Shown: positions 13,871-25,900 of the stretch, one piece after another | Numbering within the stretch: position 1 is the stretch's first letter | Layout: every line of letters starts with the position of its first letter | Assembly: GCA_051294375.1 (NCBI GenBank) | Contig: CM119264.1 | Location: 28,902,586-28,966,585 of the forward strand | Reading direction: 5' to 3' | Source of the DNA: Paraspadella gotoi | Taxonomy: Eukaryota; Animalia; Chaetognatha | DNA: 64,000 nucleotides | Program-made: the position numbers and the translations under genes | The notes under the pieces: generated by a model | Seen by the model: the letters and a program-made list of their open reading frames with translations, nothing else | Told to the model about the DNA's origin: nothing | The model's database searches: none

Positions 13871-15260
13871 TCTCTCTTCAAGCGAAATTTTCTGTCAGCT
13901 GAAAAATTCACGGGAAAAAAACAAAAAATGGAAGCAAATTCTGGTTTTGGTAAATTTTTGACTGTAATGATATTATATATATTATATTATGATATAACGT
14001 TTCGTGTTGTCTGTTTTGTCTGATCCAAAGCATCAGTCAGCGAGGACAATTCATTCGGATATACATTGTATAATAAGGTCTTTTATTCATATCAAGAACT
14101 TCATTATTTTGTTTTGATCGATTGTCTACGGAATAATGATGATAAATAAGTCGGGATTTTAGAAGATTTCCGTGGAGTTCAAATACTGTTCCATCCAAAA
14201 ATTTTTCTAATACCGTCATTTAATGCCATATTTAATTTGTTCATGTCTCCGCATAAAAACTAAAACTAAACTAAAATTGAAAAGGAAGAGACGCTTGTGA
14301 TAAAGGACGCCGTCACTTCGAACACGACGTCAAATTATTTTTACGGAACTGACAAGTTTATTCGTTAGCTTAGGTTATATTTTTGTCATGTAAGACTCGA
14401 GAATTCCCGTCAGAATTCCCGGCAATTGAACCAGCAACATAAATCTTATTTTATAGCTTAAATTTTATATTTATTTCTTTATAGTTATATCAAAATAATA
14501 TTTTATACTTTATTATCGTTCTACCAAAATCATAATTATATATTTAATCGACTTTTTCCGTGAAATCATTCATTCAAATTTTATCAGCCTCGGGGATTTC
14601 TCCGTAGAATGACCGGTCACTGACCTCGGAGCCCTTTCCCCGACCTTACCCGAACCTCACCTTTTCAATTTCCATCACTCGACACATCCCCGATTCTCCA
14701 TTGCCACGCCTACCATGCCATGCCATCTTCCCTCCATGCCCTACCGACACGAGCCCCTCCGCTCCCTCCATCAAATTCCCTTACCCGGAGCGTTGGGATC
14801 GTGGATGTGAGATTTGAGTCTGGCCAAAAGGTTGAAAGCCAATTTGAACTTTTGCAAAACCTCGACGAAGTCGGCGGGAGTTGGGGGACGGTGGACGATG
14901 GCTGCTTCCGGTTCGTCTGAGGGAAAAGAGAAGAGAAAAAAAATAAGGGGGAGAAGGAAAGAGAAAAAAAATTGTGGGAAAAAAAGAAAATGGGGGGGGG
15001 GGAAATATGAAGAGAAAAAGAGATATTTAAAAAAATTAAAATATTATAATGTGATAAAAAAGGTACATACTATAGATACAACAAAAAAAATCAAGAAAGA
15101 AATAAAAGAAACGAAATAAAGAAAGCAAGAAAATATCATGAAAGAAAGAAAGAAAGCAAGAAAGGAAGAAAGAAAGAAAATAATAATTTTGATGTGATGG
15201 TCATTCAGAATTGAATGAGCACGAGTTCTGCGTAATGATCACATCGGGCTTGAAAGAGGC

Positions 15261-15306
<46 letters not shown>

Positions 15307-17381
15307 GCCGTAATAAACTCGCCTTTTTTTCCTTCTTTCTTCTTTTCCTTTTTCTTTTTCTTCTCGTATTCCCTGAAAGCTTCCGTCGCGAGTTGAAGTC
15401 TGGCCACAAACCGTTCGATGTCGTCGAAGCAGTGATTCAACAGTTGCTGTCGGAAATGGAAAGACATTTTTTTGGTTTTTTTTGTTAATGTTATTGTTAT
15501 TGCTAATGCTATTGTTTGTTTTTAATATAATTATTGACGAAGTTAGGTCTTTTTGCTACTTTCGACCATTTCCTTGTCATCACTAACGTCGAAAATAAGA
15601 ACAGCAAAATAAAAATAAATTTATTTTAATTTTTTAAATGTTATTTTTCTTCTTTCATCGTTTCTTTTAATGATAAAGCGAACTGTTCTTGAAAGGGGTT
15701 TCTAGTTTTAGCCGGTCGTTTTACATTTAACTCACCTTAGCTGTGGTACAATCGAAAGAAACGAAAACAAATCTAAACTGCTACAATATGCAAATGAAAA
15801 TAAAGAACTAAATTTCTATAAAATCGCAATGCTTCACCCCTAACCCCCATCACACACGATCACTCACCGCGTACAACTGCCTCTTGGACAGAAGCTGCTG
15901 AAAGTGAGCGGCGTGCGACGTCATCGCGTGCGACGTCATCGCGTGCGACGTCATCGCGTGCGACTGTTTATTTTGCATCAAGAGTTGATGTTGCGTGTCC
16001 AGAAGGGTCGGGGGATGAACGGGCGGGTGGGGATGAACGCCGGGCGGAAGAGAGACCAGGACGCCGCCCGCGCTCACCACCGGCTTCATGGAGGCGGCGG
16101 AGGCGCCGGGATGAGCCGAGAGAACGCCGCCCACCGCGTGGACGCCCTGCAATCCGTGGAGAGACAAAGAGGCGGGGCTCTGGTAGATGGGCACGCCCAC
16201 TAGGGATGAGGAAGGGAGGTAACCGGCGACTGGGGATCGCGGAAGGAGAGTAGGGGAGGGAGAAGGAAGAGGAAGAAACGGATTAGCTGAGGGGCGAGGG
16301 TCAAAGCGGTGGGAGGGTGGGGTTGACCGACGTAGGCGATGATATTAACTGGAAAATTAGCCAATTAATGAGGATGGAATCAATGAGGATGGAAAGACGC
16401 GTTAGGGAAAAGGGGGGGGGGAGATAAAAACATATGGAGCAATCGAGTGATGAGAATAGCGTTGTAGTTGTCGTTGTTGTTGTTGGCTTGATTGTCGTTG
16501 AAAAAGGATTTAAATTGGGTTCGAACCGATTTTTATTTCATATTATTTTAATTAAATGTCAATTCTATCATTCCATTGTCCAATGACTATCGATCGATTC
16601 AATCATTTATCCATGTACGTATGTCCATCCGTTTCTCCATTCGTTTCTTCATTCACACATCCTTCGATCCATACATCCATCCCTGTTTTCATCAGACCGG
16701 ACATCCCTTAATACTACTATCCATCCATCCATCCATAAATCTATCCAGTATCCATTAATTCATCCATCCATCCATCCATAAATCAATTCATTCATTCATC
16801 CATCCGTCCATCCATCTATCCATCCATCCACAAATCCATGTATCAAACCATCCATTCATTCATGTCCTCATCAATCCATCCATCCATCCATCCATTCCAT
16901 ATCCTCCATCCATCCATCATTCAATCATCCAACATCCAATTCCATCCATCCATTTATGTCCCCATCCCATCCATCCATCCATCCATCCATTCCATCCATC
17001 CATCCATCCATCGATCCATCCATCCCATTCATTTCATCCATTCATATCATCATCAATCACCATCCATCCATCCATCCATCCATTCATCCAATAATCCATC
17101 CGTCCATCTCACCAGCCGTATTTCCGGCCACGACCGAAGAAACAGGCGTCGGAATCACGTAAGTGATTGACGCCTGACCCGACGGCGCCGCCGCGACGGC
17201 TGCGTTCGCAGCTCCTGCAGCGGCGTAGGCATTGCCCGGCGGCTGTTTGGGGGCGTGACCCGTTTTTGAAGCGGCGGCGGCAGCGGAGGTGGCGGCGGCT
17301 GCTGTCAACGAAGACCCGGTGACAGTGGTCGTGGGAGGGATGGCAGATTCCGCAGTGCAAGCCACGACCCCGTTAGAGGCT

Positions 17382-17418
<37 letters not shown>

Positions 17419-17737
17419 TGCCAACGACGTCGTCCAGCGTCTTTGGCGTCGGGGCGTGAGACGTCTCATCCTCGGCGTCTTTTCGCGGCGTCTTTTCCGT
17501 CGCCGCCGACGCCGAGGATGGCGGCGAAACCGAAAACGTCGTCGGCGGCGACGATGACGTTGAACTGGAAGACATTTCGACGCTGGCGGCGCTGGCGGCG
17601 GCGTTGCCGGAAGTAGAGGGCGTGGCGGCGGGCGTGGTTGTGAGGGGGGCGGTGGAGGAGGAGGTGGAGGAAGAGGAAGTGGAGGAGGAAATGGGGTTGG
17701 AGGAGGAAGAGGAGGACGGAGCAGCGGACGTCATTTT
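3139..17737 (-). CDS. EPS8: EPS8/arouser-family SH3 adaptor gene, multi-exon (at least 10 coding exons; one partly in a gap)
   Basis: Manually spliced exons: 17737-17113, 16229-15868, 15446-15323, 14916-14785, (gap)-5756, 5332-5214, 5094-5068, 4539-4441, 4118-3968, 3634-3139. All visible junctions are phase-compatible. Translation carries EPS8 central-region motifs and an EPS8-type SH3. Confidence 0.9.
3968..4118 (-). CDS. EPS8: EPS8-like internal exon (pre-SH3 helix), 151 nt, phase 1-2
   Basis: Pyrimidine-rich acceptor ccccttcccatccag; donor AG|gttagt. Encodes [51 protein letters not shown] and joins the SH3 exon in frame. Confidence 0.82.
4441..4539 (-). CDS. EPS8: EPS8-like internal exon, 99 nt, phase 1-1
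   Basis: Acceptor tttattcag; donor G|gtgagg. Open frame [33 protein letters not shown]. Confidence 0.75.
5068..5094 (-). CDS. EPS8: EPS8-like 27-nt micro-exon, phase 1-1
   Basis: cttactttcag|GATTTGAACACGGACAGGATATGATGG|gtaac; frame-preserving (GFEHGQDMM). Confidence 0.55.
5214..5332 (-). CDS. EPS8: EPS8-like internal exon, 119 nt, phase 2-1
   Basis: Acceptor ttttcaaaag; donor G|gtgagg. Encodes [25 protein letters not shown], matching the EPS8 PYVPRFxxGWEP motif. Confidence 0.9.
5756..5804 (-). CDS. EPS8: 3' part of EPS8-like exon (5' part lost in N-gap)
   Basis: Encodes [15 protein letters not shown](K), matching the EPS8 LWxSLGxxW motif. Donor AA|gttagt is phase 2, fitting the next exon. 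Confidence 0.85.
5830..7309. other. Error-rich gap-fill block (probable raw long read) containing a corrupted EPS8 exon copy
   Basis: Flanked by 25-N gaps. 6591-6690 is an indel-rich copy of 5736-5800; 5950-6080 is a reverse-complement match to the repeat at ~12990-13130. Confidence 0.75.
7335..9500 (+). other. Insertion-rich noisy duplicate of ~13160-14420 (assembly artefact or alternate haplotype read)
   Basis: For example, 8942-9160 aligns by eye with 14018-14213 (gatccaaagcat...ataataaggtc...gattgtctacgga...gtggagttcaaatact). Confidence 0.75.
9543..10470 (-). mobile_element. Possible gag-like/LINE ORF1 fragment with zinc knuckles (frameshifted)
   Basis: GC-richer, coding-like [19 protein letters not shown] resembles the Cys spacing of adjacent CCHC knuckles in non-LTR ORF1. 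Sequence is noisy. Confidence 0.3.
10473..10851. repeat. Long imperfect inverted repeat (~160-bp arms)
   Basis: 10473-10632 is the reverse complement of 10696-10851 (e.g. atacgaatacctcacctcaaagaa vs ttctttgaggtgaggtattcgtat). Confidence 0.9.
10950..12960. repeat. AT-rich tandem satellite, ~90-110-bp units built from GATGATATTTAAAA sub-repeats
   Basis: Recurrent aaaaggaaaccgatttag(tag/gag)tt...gatatttaaaaaatgatgatatttaaaagtaaaa...gatagttatttgg across about 2 kb. Confidence 0.92.
12965..13455. repeat. Degenerate pentamer repeat (CACGT/CACTT/CACTC)n
   Basis: cacgtcactccacgtcac...cttcacttcacttcacgtaactccacgtcac. Confidence 0.8.
14040..14235 (-). mobile_element. Possible 3' remnant of a non-LTR retrotransposon ORF2
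   Basis: Minus strand reads [16 protein letters not shown], similar to an NxxxRxIFG motif I recall from CR1/L2-group ORF2 C-termini. Short and degenerate. Confidence 0.25.
14785..14916 (-). CDS. EPS8: EPS8-like internal exon, 132 nt, phase 1-1
   Basis: Acceptor ttttccctcag; donor G|gtaagg. Encodes [44 protein letters not shown], the conserved EPS8 region. Confidence 0.93.
15323..15446 (-). CDS. EPS8: EPS8-like internal exon with GC donor
   Basis: Acceptor atttccgacag. Encodes [41 protein letters not shown]. Donor AAG|gcgagt gives the required phase 1. Confidence 0.9.
15868..16229 (-). CDS. EPS8: EPS8-like low-complexity exon (His/Pro/Gln-rich, SHAMT repeats), phase 1-0
   Basis: Long pyrimidine tract plus ccccag acceptor; donor GCG|gtgagt. 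Joins as RQLYA|[11 protein letters not shown]. Confidence 0.8.
16720..17107. repeat. Imperfect (CCAT)n microsatellite in an EPS8-like intron
   Basis: Runs of catccatccatc directly visible. Confidence 0.92.
17113..17737 (-). CDS. EPS8: EPS8-like Ser/Ala/Thr/Gly-rich exon, possibly carrying the start ATG (17734)
   Basis: Acceptor ttgttctcgacag|AAA ATG; ~208 open codons with polySer, polyGly and polyAla. Donor G|gtgaga is phase 1, matching the next exon. Confidence 0.75.
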
Positions 17738-19537
17738 CTGTCGAGAACAATTTTAAAATTGTTTTTATTACATAATGTAAAAAAAAAAAAATTAATATCA
17801 CAGCGTAAACTGGAAGGTCTTATCACATCGTCATGTAATCAGATTAGCAGAAATTTAAAAAAGTACCCGATTTCTTTCTTGTTAACTTATGAGACTCAAA
17901 ATCATGAATTGAATAAATATGAATATCATCGCATGATTATATAAAGGGAATCTTCCGAAACTTTAATTGTATCAGAATCATGCCATGGGCCGGAAATAAG
18001 TAATGATTAAAAAAGATGAATTGAAATGCCTTTTTTAATCTATTTTTTCAATAAATCTTTGTTAGTCTTAAGTACAATTTATAATTCGGTCAAAACCCGA
18101 ACTGGAATTCCCGCATCTTTCCCAAAATTCTTTGTTCAAAAAATATTTTTAAAAACAAAAGTTTGTGATTTTAAGCAGCGAAGTTTTTCGTTTTTCTGAA
18201 TATAATTTTTTATCTTTCACGTTTTTTTTCTTTCAAATTTTGACGACCCCATAGTAAGAGCGCGTGTTCGGCCATCGCACCATGGATTAGCCCCATGATT
18301 CCAGTGGCGTGCGGTGGCAGCGCGAGCTCCGCCCGGGAGCACGGTGCGCGTGCTGCCCGTAGATGAGGACGAGACGACGACGACGATAAAGACGACGATG
18401 AAGACGACGATGAAGACGACGACGATGACGAGCCCGGCATCAGCGGGAAAAAACTTTGACAGGCGTTGGAAAAGAAGGCAAGAAAAAAAAAGAGGTTTGC
18501 ACAAGGATTTTTGTAAAAATTTTTCGATTATTTCGAGATTTGAAGTAACTACAGTAAATATGTTTGTTATTATTATTAATTTCGATTTATCAATAGAGAT
18601 ATAAGTTATTTATTATTTTACTTTTCTCTATTAATAAAAAGAATATCAAAAGTATTTTTGAATTCCTTAGTTTTCCGAAATCTTTGCTTGTAACATAATA
18701 TACGCAGGGGATTACCGATGTTCTTTTAATTTTTATTTTCCCTTCTTGTACGCCCTCTTTCGTTCAAATCATTGATTCTTGTCCTGATGACAAACAAAAG
18801 ATTAACGTAGTATTCTAAAAAAAGGAAATTGACAAAAAAATTGTTATTGATTAGTTGAAGGTATCATTTGAAAAATATGTATATGGCTCTGTAGACGCAA
18901 CAAGTCGCAACAACGCGTCCACAGGTCTTTATTAAAAAAAAAAGGTTTGAAAGATATATAAACGATTTTAATACGAAATAAAATATAAATAATTAGAATT
19001 CTAATTAAATATTTTTTTTTCTAGATATATTATATCTGTGCTCGTATGGAAAGCCGAAATCATCAAAAAGCTAAAGGAATACGAACCAGTCAAGCCAGGG
19101 GAAGTACAAGCCCCCTCACGGTACGCTTCGGGGGGGGGAATCAATATTTAACATTTTAAATATGACAGGAACTATTTCAGATTCAATTTTTAAACCTTTC
19201 TACAAAATATTTTAATCAAATTACACTATATTGTTTTGTCTACATTTGTAATTGTGATGTAAGAATATTTTGTTTGGATTTTATGTAAGTATTAATGTAA
19301 GTTCTATATAAAAATACATATACATAAGTATAAAAAAATCCTTCCTCCATTTTCATTTGGTTTTTTAGCTGATGAAAACGGTTGAGAAATAAATTGCGTG
19401 GGCGCCGAAGTGTCGGTCGGTCATTCGGTCTGTCTGTCTGTCGGTCGGTTTTTTCCCGCCGCTCGTCAAACGAAGCCGGCGTCGACGGGCGACGCAATCG
19501 AAGCTTGTGGTCAGCAATTCTCCTCAGTGAAAACATT

Positions 19538-19540
<3 letters not shown>

Positions 19541-19595
<55 letters not shown>

Positions 19596-19613
19596 CCTCT
19601 CTCTTCTCCCTCC

Positions 19614-19646
<33 letters not shown>

Positions 19647-19649
19647 ATT

Positions 19650-19711
<62 letters not shown>

Positions 19712-19770
19712 TCTCACTTCCTCCCTCTCTCTCCCCCTCTCTCCCTCCCTCCATCTCTCTCTCCCTCTTT
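19541..19770. repeat. (CT)n/(AG)n microsatellite, representative of many (e.g. 4270, 13800, 41710, 48500-49100, 49535-49690, 56440, 57535, 58060)
   Basis: Long dinucleotide runs that generate the spurious SLSLSL/RERERE ORFs. Confidence 0.95.
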
Positions 19771-21394
19771 CACATATCATCTTATTTATTTCTACAAGCC
19801 ATGACACCTGTCAAACGGCCCAGTTACCAATTAGACTTCTCCTAAACCTTTTTATTTTCCTCATTGTTTGATGAAGATTGACTTAGACGGGTTTTGGAAA
19901 TTAAATTTAGCGAATAACAATCGTCATGCGATCCATAACAGAGTTAATAAAATATTTTACTTAAATAACATATCATTCAAAAGGTTTTTCCCCCGAGATA
20001 TATTCTAGATATTATGGTGATTGAATCAATCAATTTTCACAATGATAATGATGTGGTAAATAAAAAAAAAATAAGAAAAGAAAAATAAATATGTAGAAAA
20101 ATGTACTAATTTTATTATCCACGCGAGTTCTCTTTTGACTACCTCACTTTTGGGTAAGTAAAATACGGTCATGTCAATGCGGCTTATTTCGTGAAACACT
20201 AGTTAATTTAAAGATAATAACCGTTTACAATACTACAGTAACCATAATATGACTGTTTTTTTTTTGTAGCCGCGTAATTGTTTTAATAATTAAAAACAGT
20301 TTGATCAAATCCACTCAACCCCTCTTTGTGCTTCGTCCAAGTTTGATTGAAAAGATTAACATTTTCCTACCAATTCTCTCCGGAGGAAAAAAAAACAACT
20401 GAATAAGCGTAACTGTCACGGCGTGTCACGACGTGTCACTGTTCTCCGTAGTTTCTTAGCAAATTGGGCCCTTGGCCATTAAGCTACTAGGTTTTGCCTA
20501 CATTGCTGATAACAACGCTTTCAATTTTAAAGTTGTACTAGTCTAACGTCATTGCTTTTCCTTGCAGAAATTCAAATTTAACAAAAAATCATTCGATTAC
20601 TAAGTTTTTTTTACGATTTCTTTAACTTTTATAGATGACGTATATATAACTAATTATTTATTTATAGTTATTAACTATATATGAAAATTTGCAAATTACT
20701 TGTTTCACTATTTTTTATTTTTCTATTTTAATATTTTAATATTTTCATGAAGGATTTCGTATTTAATCTATATTATTTATTAAAATATATATTGCTTTCT
20801 TTTTTAAAAATGTTTTATTTATCTAATAATTCAATTTGGGAAGGGGAAGTCAGTGTTGTCTTCTGGAAATAGAGGGAGCATCTATACAACACAAGGTTAG
20901 ATTACTATCTGTCCTAGTTTTCTAATAGATATCACACATCATTTCTGTTAGAAAGTCATTAATGAAAAATCATAATATCTAAGAGGCTGAACAGAAAGGG
21001 GTGGGAATGGATAATTTTTTGAGGACCAACGTTATATATGATTTTTTTTACCAATAGGGATAGGACTACCATGTAGAATTGTATGTTCTGATAGGGATAC
21101 ATACTGGGGAAAGGTCTATAGGGGCACCTTTATGTCATGAATATAATTTTAAAATACTTTAATGAAAATTTTATTTTTCTTTACCTATTTTTTAATTATT
21201 TCTTTTTTGAATATTTTTTATCTTTTATGTTTATACAACGGGAAGGTCATCAGTTGGGAACCTAACTCAAACACGTGTCGATAACTCAGTAGACAAATAT
21301 GATGAGAGAGAGTGAGAAAAAAAGAGAGGAAAACAAAAAAAAAGGGGGAGCGAAAGAGAGAGTGAGAGAAAGAGAAAGAGAGAGAGAAAGAAAA

Positions 21395-21444
<50 letters not shown>

Positions 21445-21584
21445 AGAAAGAGAAAGCGAGAGAGAAAGAAAGAAAAAAAAATACATAAAAAAGAAATAAA
21501 AAAATAAGTATAAAAACATATTCTCTTGTAGCACCTTCAGCATCTTGCAACAGCATCCCCCCTCCATGCATCCATTGCAGCGAT

Positions 21585-21715
21585 TGCTGTCTGCTGCGTC
21601 TGCAGCGTCTGCAGCGTTAAGTCTGCAGGGATGGCTGCGTCTGCTGCATCCGCAGCGTCTGCAGCGTTAAGTCTGCAGGCATGGCTGCGTCTGCTGCATT
21701 CGTTGCGTCTGCTCT
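21585..21715. repeat. ~51-bp tandem repeat (about 2.5 copies) built from ctgcagcgt-like 9-mers
   Basis: gcagcgtctgcagcgttaagtctgcagg(g/c)atggctgcgtctgctgcat repeated. Confidence 0.8.
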
Positions 21716-22564
21716 GACGAGATCGACTCTCTCTTTCTTTCATCCGTTGACGGCGAATTGAAAACATGAAAAATGACAGGAAAACCAGAGGCAAAGGGGA
21801 GGGGAGGAGGGGAAACGAAAAAAACCTTCATTTCACGAAATCCTAATAAAATAAACGAATCGAATCTCTTACAAATACTTTCAATCGACTCCTCACGAAT
21901 CCCTCTCATCTCCCTTCTCTCTCTCTCTCTTTCTCTCTACTCTCCGCCCTCGTTCCTCTCTCTTCTCCTCTGCGCTCTCTTCTCTGCTCTCTCACAATCT
22001 CTCCTCTCTCTTCCTCCTTTTTTTTTTCTTCTCTCTCTCTTCCCTACTCTTTTTCTCTCTCTCTGTCTCTTCCTCTTTTTTTCTCCATCTCTCTCTTCCT
22101 CCTTTTTACTTCTCTCTCTCTTCCTTCTTACTTTAATCCATCCCTCAACGTCTTCACCGTCCACCCGTCTGACCCCCCTCAACCTTTTTTTTTTCTTTCT
22201 CCCCAACCACCTCAACCACCATTCACCCCCAGCTCCGCCCACCTTTCTCCCCGCTCTTCACCCCATTCCTNNNNNNNNNNNNNNNNNNNNNNNNNCTTGA
22301 TAAACGAGCAACAATTAAAAATTGACAATTAACAATTGACAATTAACAATTAACAATCAACAATTAAAAAAAATATAGATCTTCATCTTTTATCGGCATT
22401 TTTTAAAAAAAAAATTTCTTCTTTTAAATTATTTTCTTCTTTCCTTTCCTCTCCCTTTCTTTCCTTTTCTCTTTCTTTTCTTTTCCTTTTTTTCCCTTTA
22501 TTTTGGTGAGAGTCGGTCAAATGACTTTCGGTCTTTTTCTTTTCCCGCTCCGACGATTCCTCAC

Positions 22565-22654
22565 GAGCGTGTTTGACGGCGGCGGCGGCTGCTGCGGCGG
22601 CTGCGGCGGCGGCGGCTTCGGCGGCGGCTGCGGCGGCGAACTTTACCTTTTGAT
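22565..22654 (-). CDS. Candidate 90-nt polyalanine exon (gene assignment unknown; possibly an upstream EPS8-like exon)
   Basis: Acceptor tattttcag; donor C|gtgagg. Frame reads [29 protein letters not shown] with mixed GCC/GCA codons. Confidence 0.4.
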
Positions 22655-22903
22655 CTGAAAATATGGACGGTTCATACAGATCATTTCAAATCTCCAAGCA
22701 CTTAACAGCCGATCTTTAACCTCACTCTGTTGATTGCTTTAACCTAGCATCTAATCATGTAAAAATGTAATGTAAATGTAATCAGACAAATTTTTTATCA
22801 AGTATACAACATTCTTTTTTAGCTTCTTTTTTTTTCTTTCTCTGTCGAACTAATGTTTTCCCTTCTTTTTTCTTGATTAATTTTTTCACGAACGCCACGC
22901 TTA

Positions 22904-22978
<75 letters not shown>

Positions 22979-25900
22979 TCATTCTTTCTTATTTCTTTCT
23001 TTCCTTATTTCTTTCTTTACCTTTTATTTTTTCTTTCTCTTTTTTTTAATCTCAACTTTTTTTTCTTTCTTTTCTTCTTATTTTTTCCTCTCAAATTTAT
23101 CTTACTCCCTTCCCCAAACGACGATTGAAAACCGATGACAAGTGTAGGAAAGAAGAAAAGAGAACAAGGAAAATATTAAGTTCNNNNNNNNNNNNNNNNN
23201 NNNNNNNNNNNNNNNNNNNNNNNNNNNNNNNNNNNNNNNNNNNNNNNNNNNNNNNNNNNNNNNNNNNNNNNNNNNNNNNNNNNNNNNNNNNNNNNNNNNN
23301 NNNNNNNNNNNNNNNNNNNNNNNNNNNNNNNNNNNNNNNNNNNNNNNNNNNNNNNNNNNNNNNNNNNNNNNNNNNNNNNNNNNNNNNNNNNNNNNNNNNN
23401 NNNNNNNNNNNNNNNNNNNNNNNNNNNNNNNNNNNNNNNNNNNNNNNNNNNNNNNNNNNNNNNNNNNNNNNNNNNNNNNNNNNNNNNNGAAGCAGCAACG
23501 CAGCACAGGAAAGCCACAGAGCCGCAGCCTCATCAAATTTCCATTTGTTTTTTTTTTTCAATATTTTAATTTTCTTTCTTGCTTATATTCACCTGCCTCC
23601 AAAATTATCTAACTATATTTAATTTCTTTCTTTCTTTCCTTTTTCTTTTTAAATTTCTCTCCCTTTTTTTATTCTAGAAGTTAATTGGCTCATCGCCAGG
23701 CAAAAGCCAATGGAATCCTTCGTCGTTCAGACTTTAGGTCATTCACTTTTTTTTGGAAATTGTTTTTTTTTCTTTTACAATTGTTTTCTTCCGAATTCTA
23801 TTAGATTTTTCTCCGTCTCTGCAACCTTCACAAATGATTAGTTGCTGCCAAGACTCAGTTTCATTTCGGGTCAGTGTATAATGTAGATCACTCTTTGTCT
23901 GTCTCTTTGTCCGTCTAGCTATCTTTCATTCTTGGGAACGGTATGAGTCAGTCAGAAGAAACACATTGACATTTTTTCCACATCCTAAACGAACTTTTTC
24001 CTTCCTCGCCGCCATTATTCGACCCTTTTCTTCAGTGGGCGTTCCCAAAGACCTTTTTTTTCCTTTTTCCTCCTGACCATTTTCTTTTTCTAAGGATTGA
24101 GGGACATTTCGGACTCCCGAGTCACAACCCGCCCAGCCACACCCAAACTACCTCGCCAACCATTCACTTGCTGCCTCACTCACAAAATTTTTCCTCCAAA
24201 CACATCTGAATCCATTTTACAAGAACCATAATTTCCATTGGCGTTTGCGTTGGAAGGCAACTACCGAGTTTTATCTGCCTTTCATTCATTAATCATTTAT
24301 TTGGAGTAATGTCGTGGAAAAGGAGAAAAGGGGAGAGTGGGAGAGAGATAGNNNNNNNNNNNNNNNNNNNNNNNNNNNNNNNNNNNNNNNNNNNNNNNNN
24401 NNNNNNNNNNNNNNNNNNNNNNNNNNNNNNNNNNNNNNNNNNNNNNNNNNNNNNNNNNNNNNNNNNNNNNNNNNNNNNNNNNNNNNNNNNNNNNNNNNNN
24501 NNNNNNNNNNNNNNNNNNNNNNNNNNNNNNNNNNNNNNNNNNNNNNNNNNNNNNNNNNCGGCATATAATCAGATGCCACAATACTTTAATAAAATACTCA
24601 TCAATTTGCTACTAATATGTATAAAAGTTGGAGATTTCAATACAGAGAAAAAACTCATAAATCTTACAGTTCAATCTTTCAATAGTCGCGCAGACAAAAG
24701 AACGAAGCGCTTTGAGAAAGAGAATAAGACGCCCCTGATGGTTCTNNNNNNNNNNNNNNNNNNNNNNNNNNNNNNNNNNNNNNNNNNNNNNNNNNNNNNN
24801 NNNNNNNNNNNNNNNNNNNNNNNNNNNNNNNNNNNNNNNNNNNNNNNNNNNNNNNNNNNNNNNNNNNNNNNNNNNNNNNNNNNNNNNNNNNNNNNNNNNN
24901 NNNNNNNNNNNNNNNNNNNNNNNNNNNNNNNNNNNTATTTTCGTACCTTCAAAGTTGAGGGCGAAGAAAAACCACTGAACAAGGAATTGATTTCCCATTC
25001 TGTATTTAAATGTAACACGTCCCGCTCGTTGGTAATCGTTACGCCCCTTAACCCTTTAAGAACATTTTTATGCTTAAAAACCCATTATATAAAGAGCAAG
25101 TTAGTGTCATGTGTAATTAAGTAATGAATGTCGTAACACATGACACTTATTAATAATGACACTATATAATAATTGACTAATTCCTGTTGGTTCTTCTTTT
25201 GTAAAGATTTATGCTTGGAATTGAATTTTTGAAAAAAGTTACCATAACAGTGATCTCAGTGATTAAAAAAATATATTAATTAAACATTTAAATATATTTT
25301 AATTTTGCTTGATTAATTTCATTTTTGTGACTTTATTTAAACTCCATTTCTCGTCTCTCTTTGCCACAGTCTCGCTACTGCTCTGCTACATTTTAGCTCC
25401 AGCCGAGCAAAAGCCCTGCTCCGGAGGCTCGTTTCCTCGGCTTGATTCCGGCCGTTTCTCGGTCGTCGGTTCCCTTTTCCGGCAGAAGTTTGATATTCGT
25501 CTTTCCTTTTCTTTTCTTTTCTTTTCTTTTCTTTTCTTTNNNNNNNNNNNNNNNNNNNNNNNNNNNNNNNNNNNNNNNNNNNNNNNNNNNNNNNNNNNNN
25601 NNNNNNNNNNNNNNNNNNNNNNNNNNNNNNNNNNNNNNNNNNNNNNNNNNNNNNNNNNNNNNNNNNNNNNNNNNNNNNNNNNNNNNNNNNNNNNNNNNNN
25701 NNNNNNNNNNNNNNNNNNNNNNNNNNNNNNNNNNNNNNNNNNNNNNNNNNNNNNCGTCCCGACATCTCGCGTCTCAAACTCAAACGATCATTTGCGACGA
25801 TCGACGATCGACGTCATCTCGATTAAACGGATCTCGAATCAAAAGCGTCGAGTTCATCGCTAATGTCGCCTTTTTTAATATTCGCTCTCNNNNNNNNNNN

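Noticed and set aside
16230-16350. Alternative upstream acceptor (ttttccag near 16349) for the EPS8 exon
   Set aside because: In phase 1 it runs out of frame to a TAG, and the downstream-compatible frame begins with TAA.
18210-18604. GC-rich patch with overlapping short ORFs upstream of EPS8
   Set aside because: Driven by (GAC)n repeats with no convincing splice pair; at most UTR or promoter sequence.
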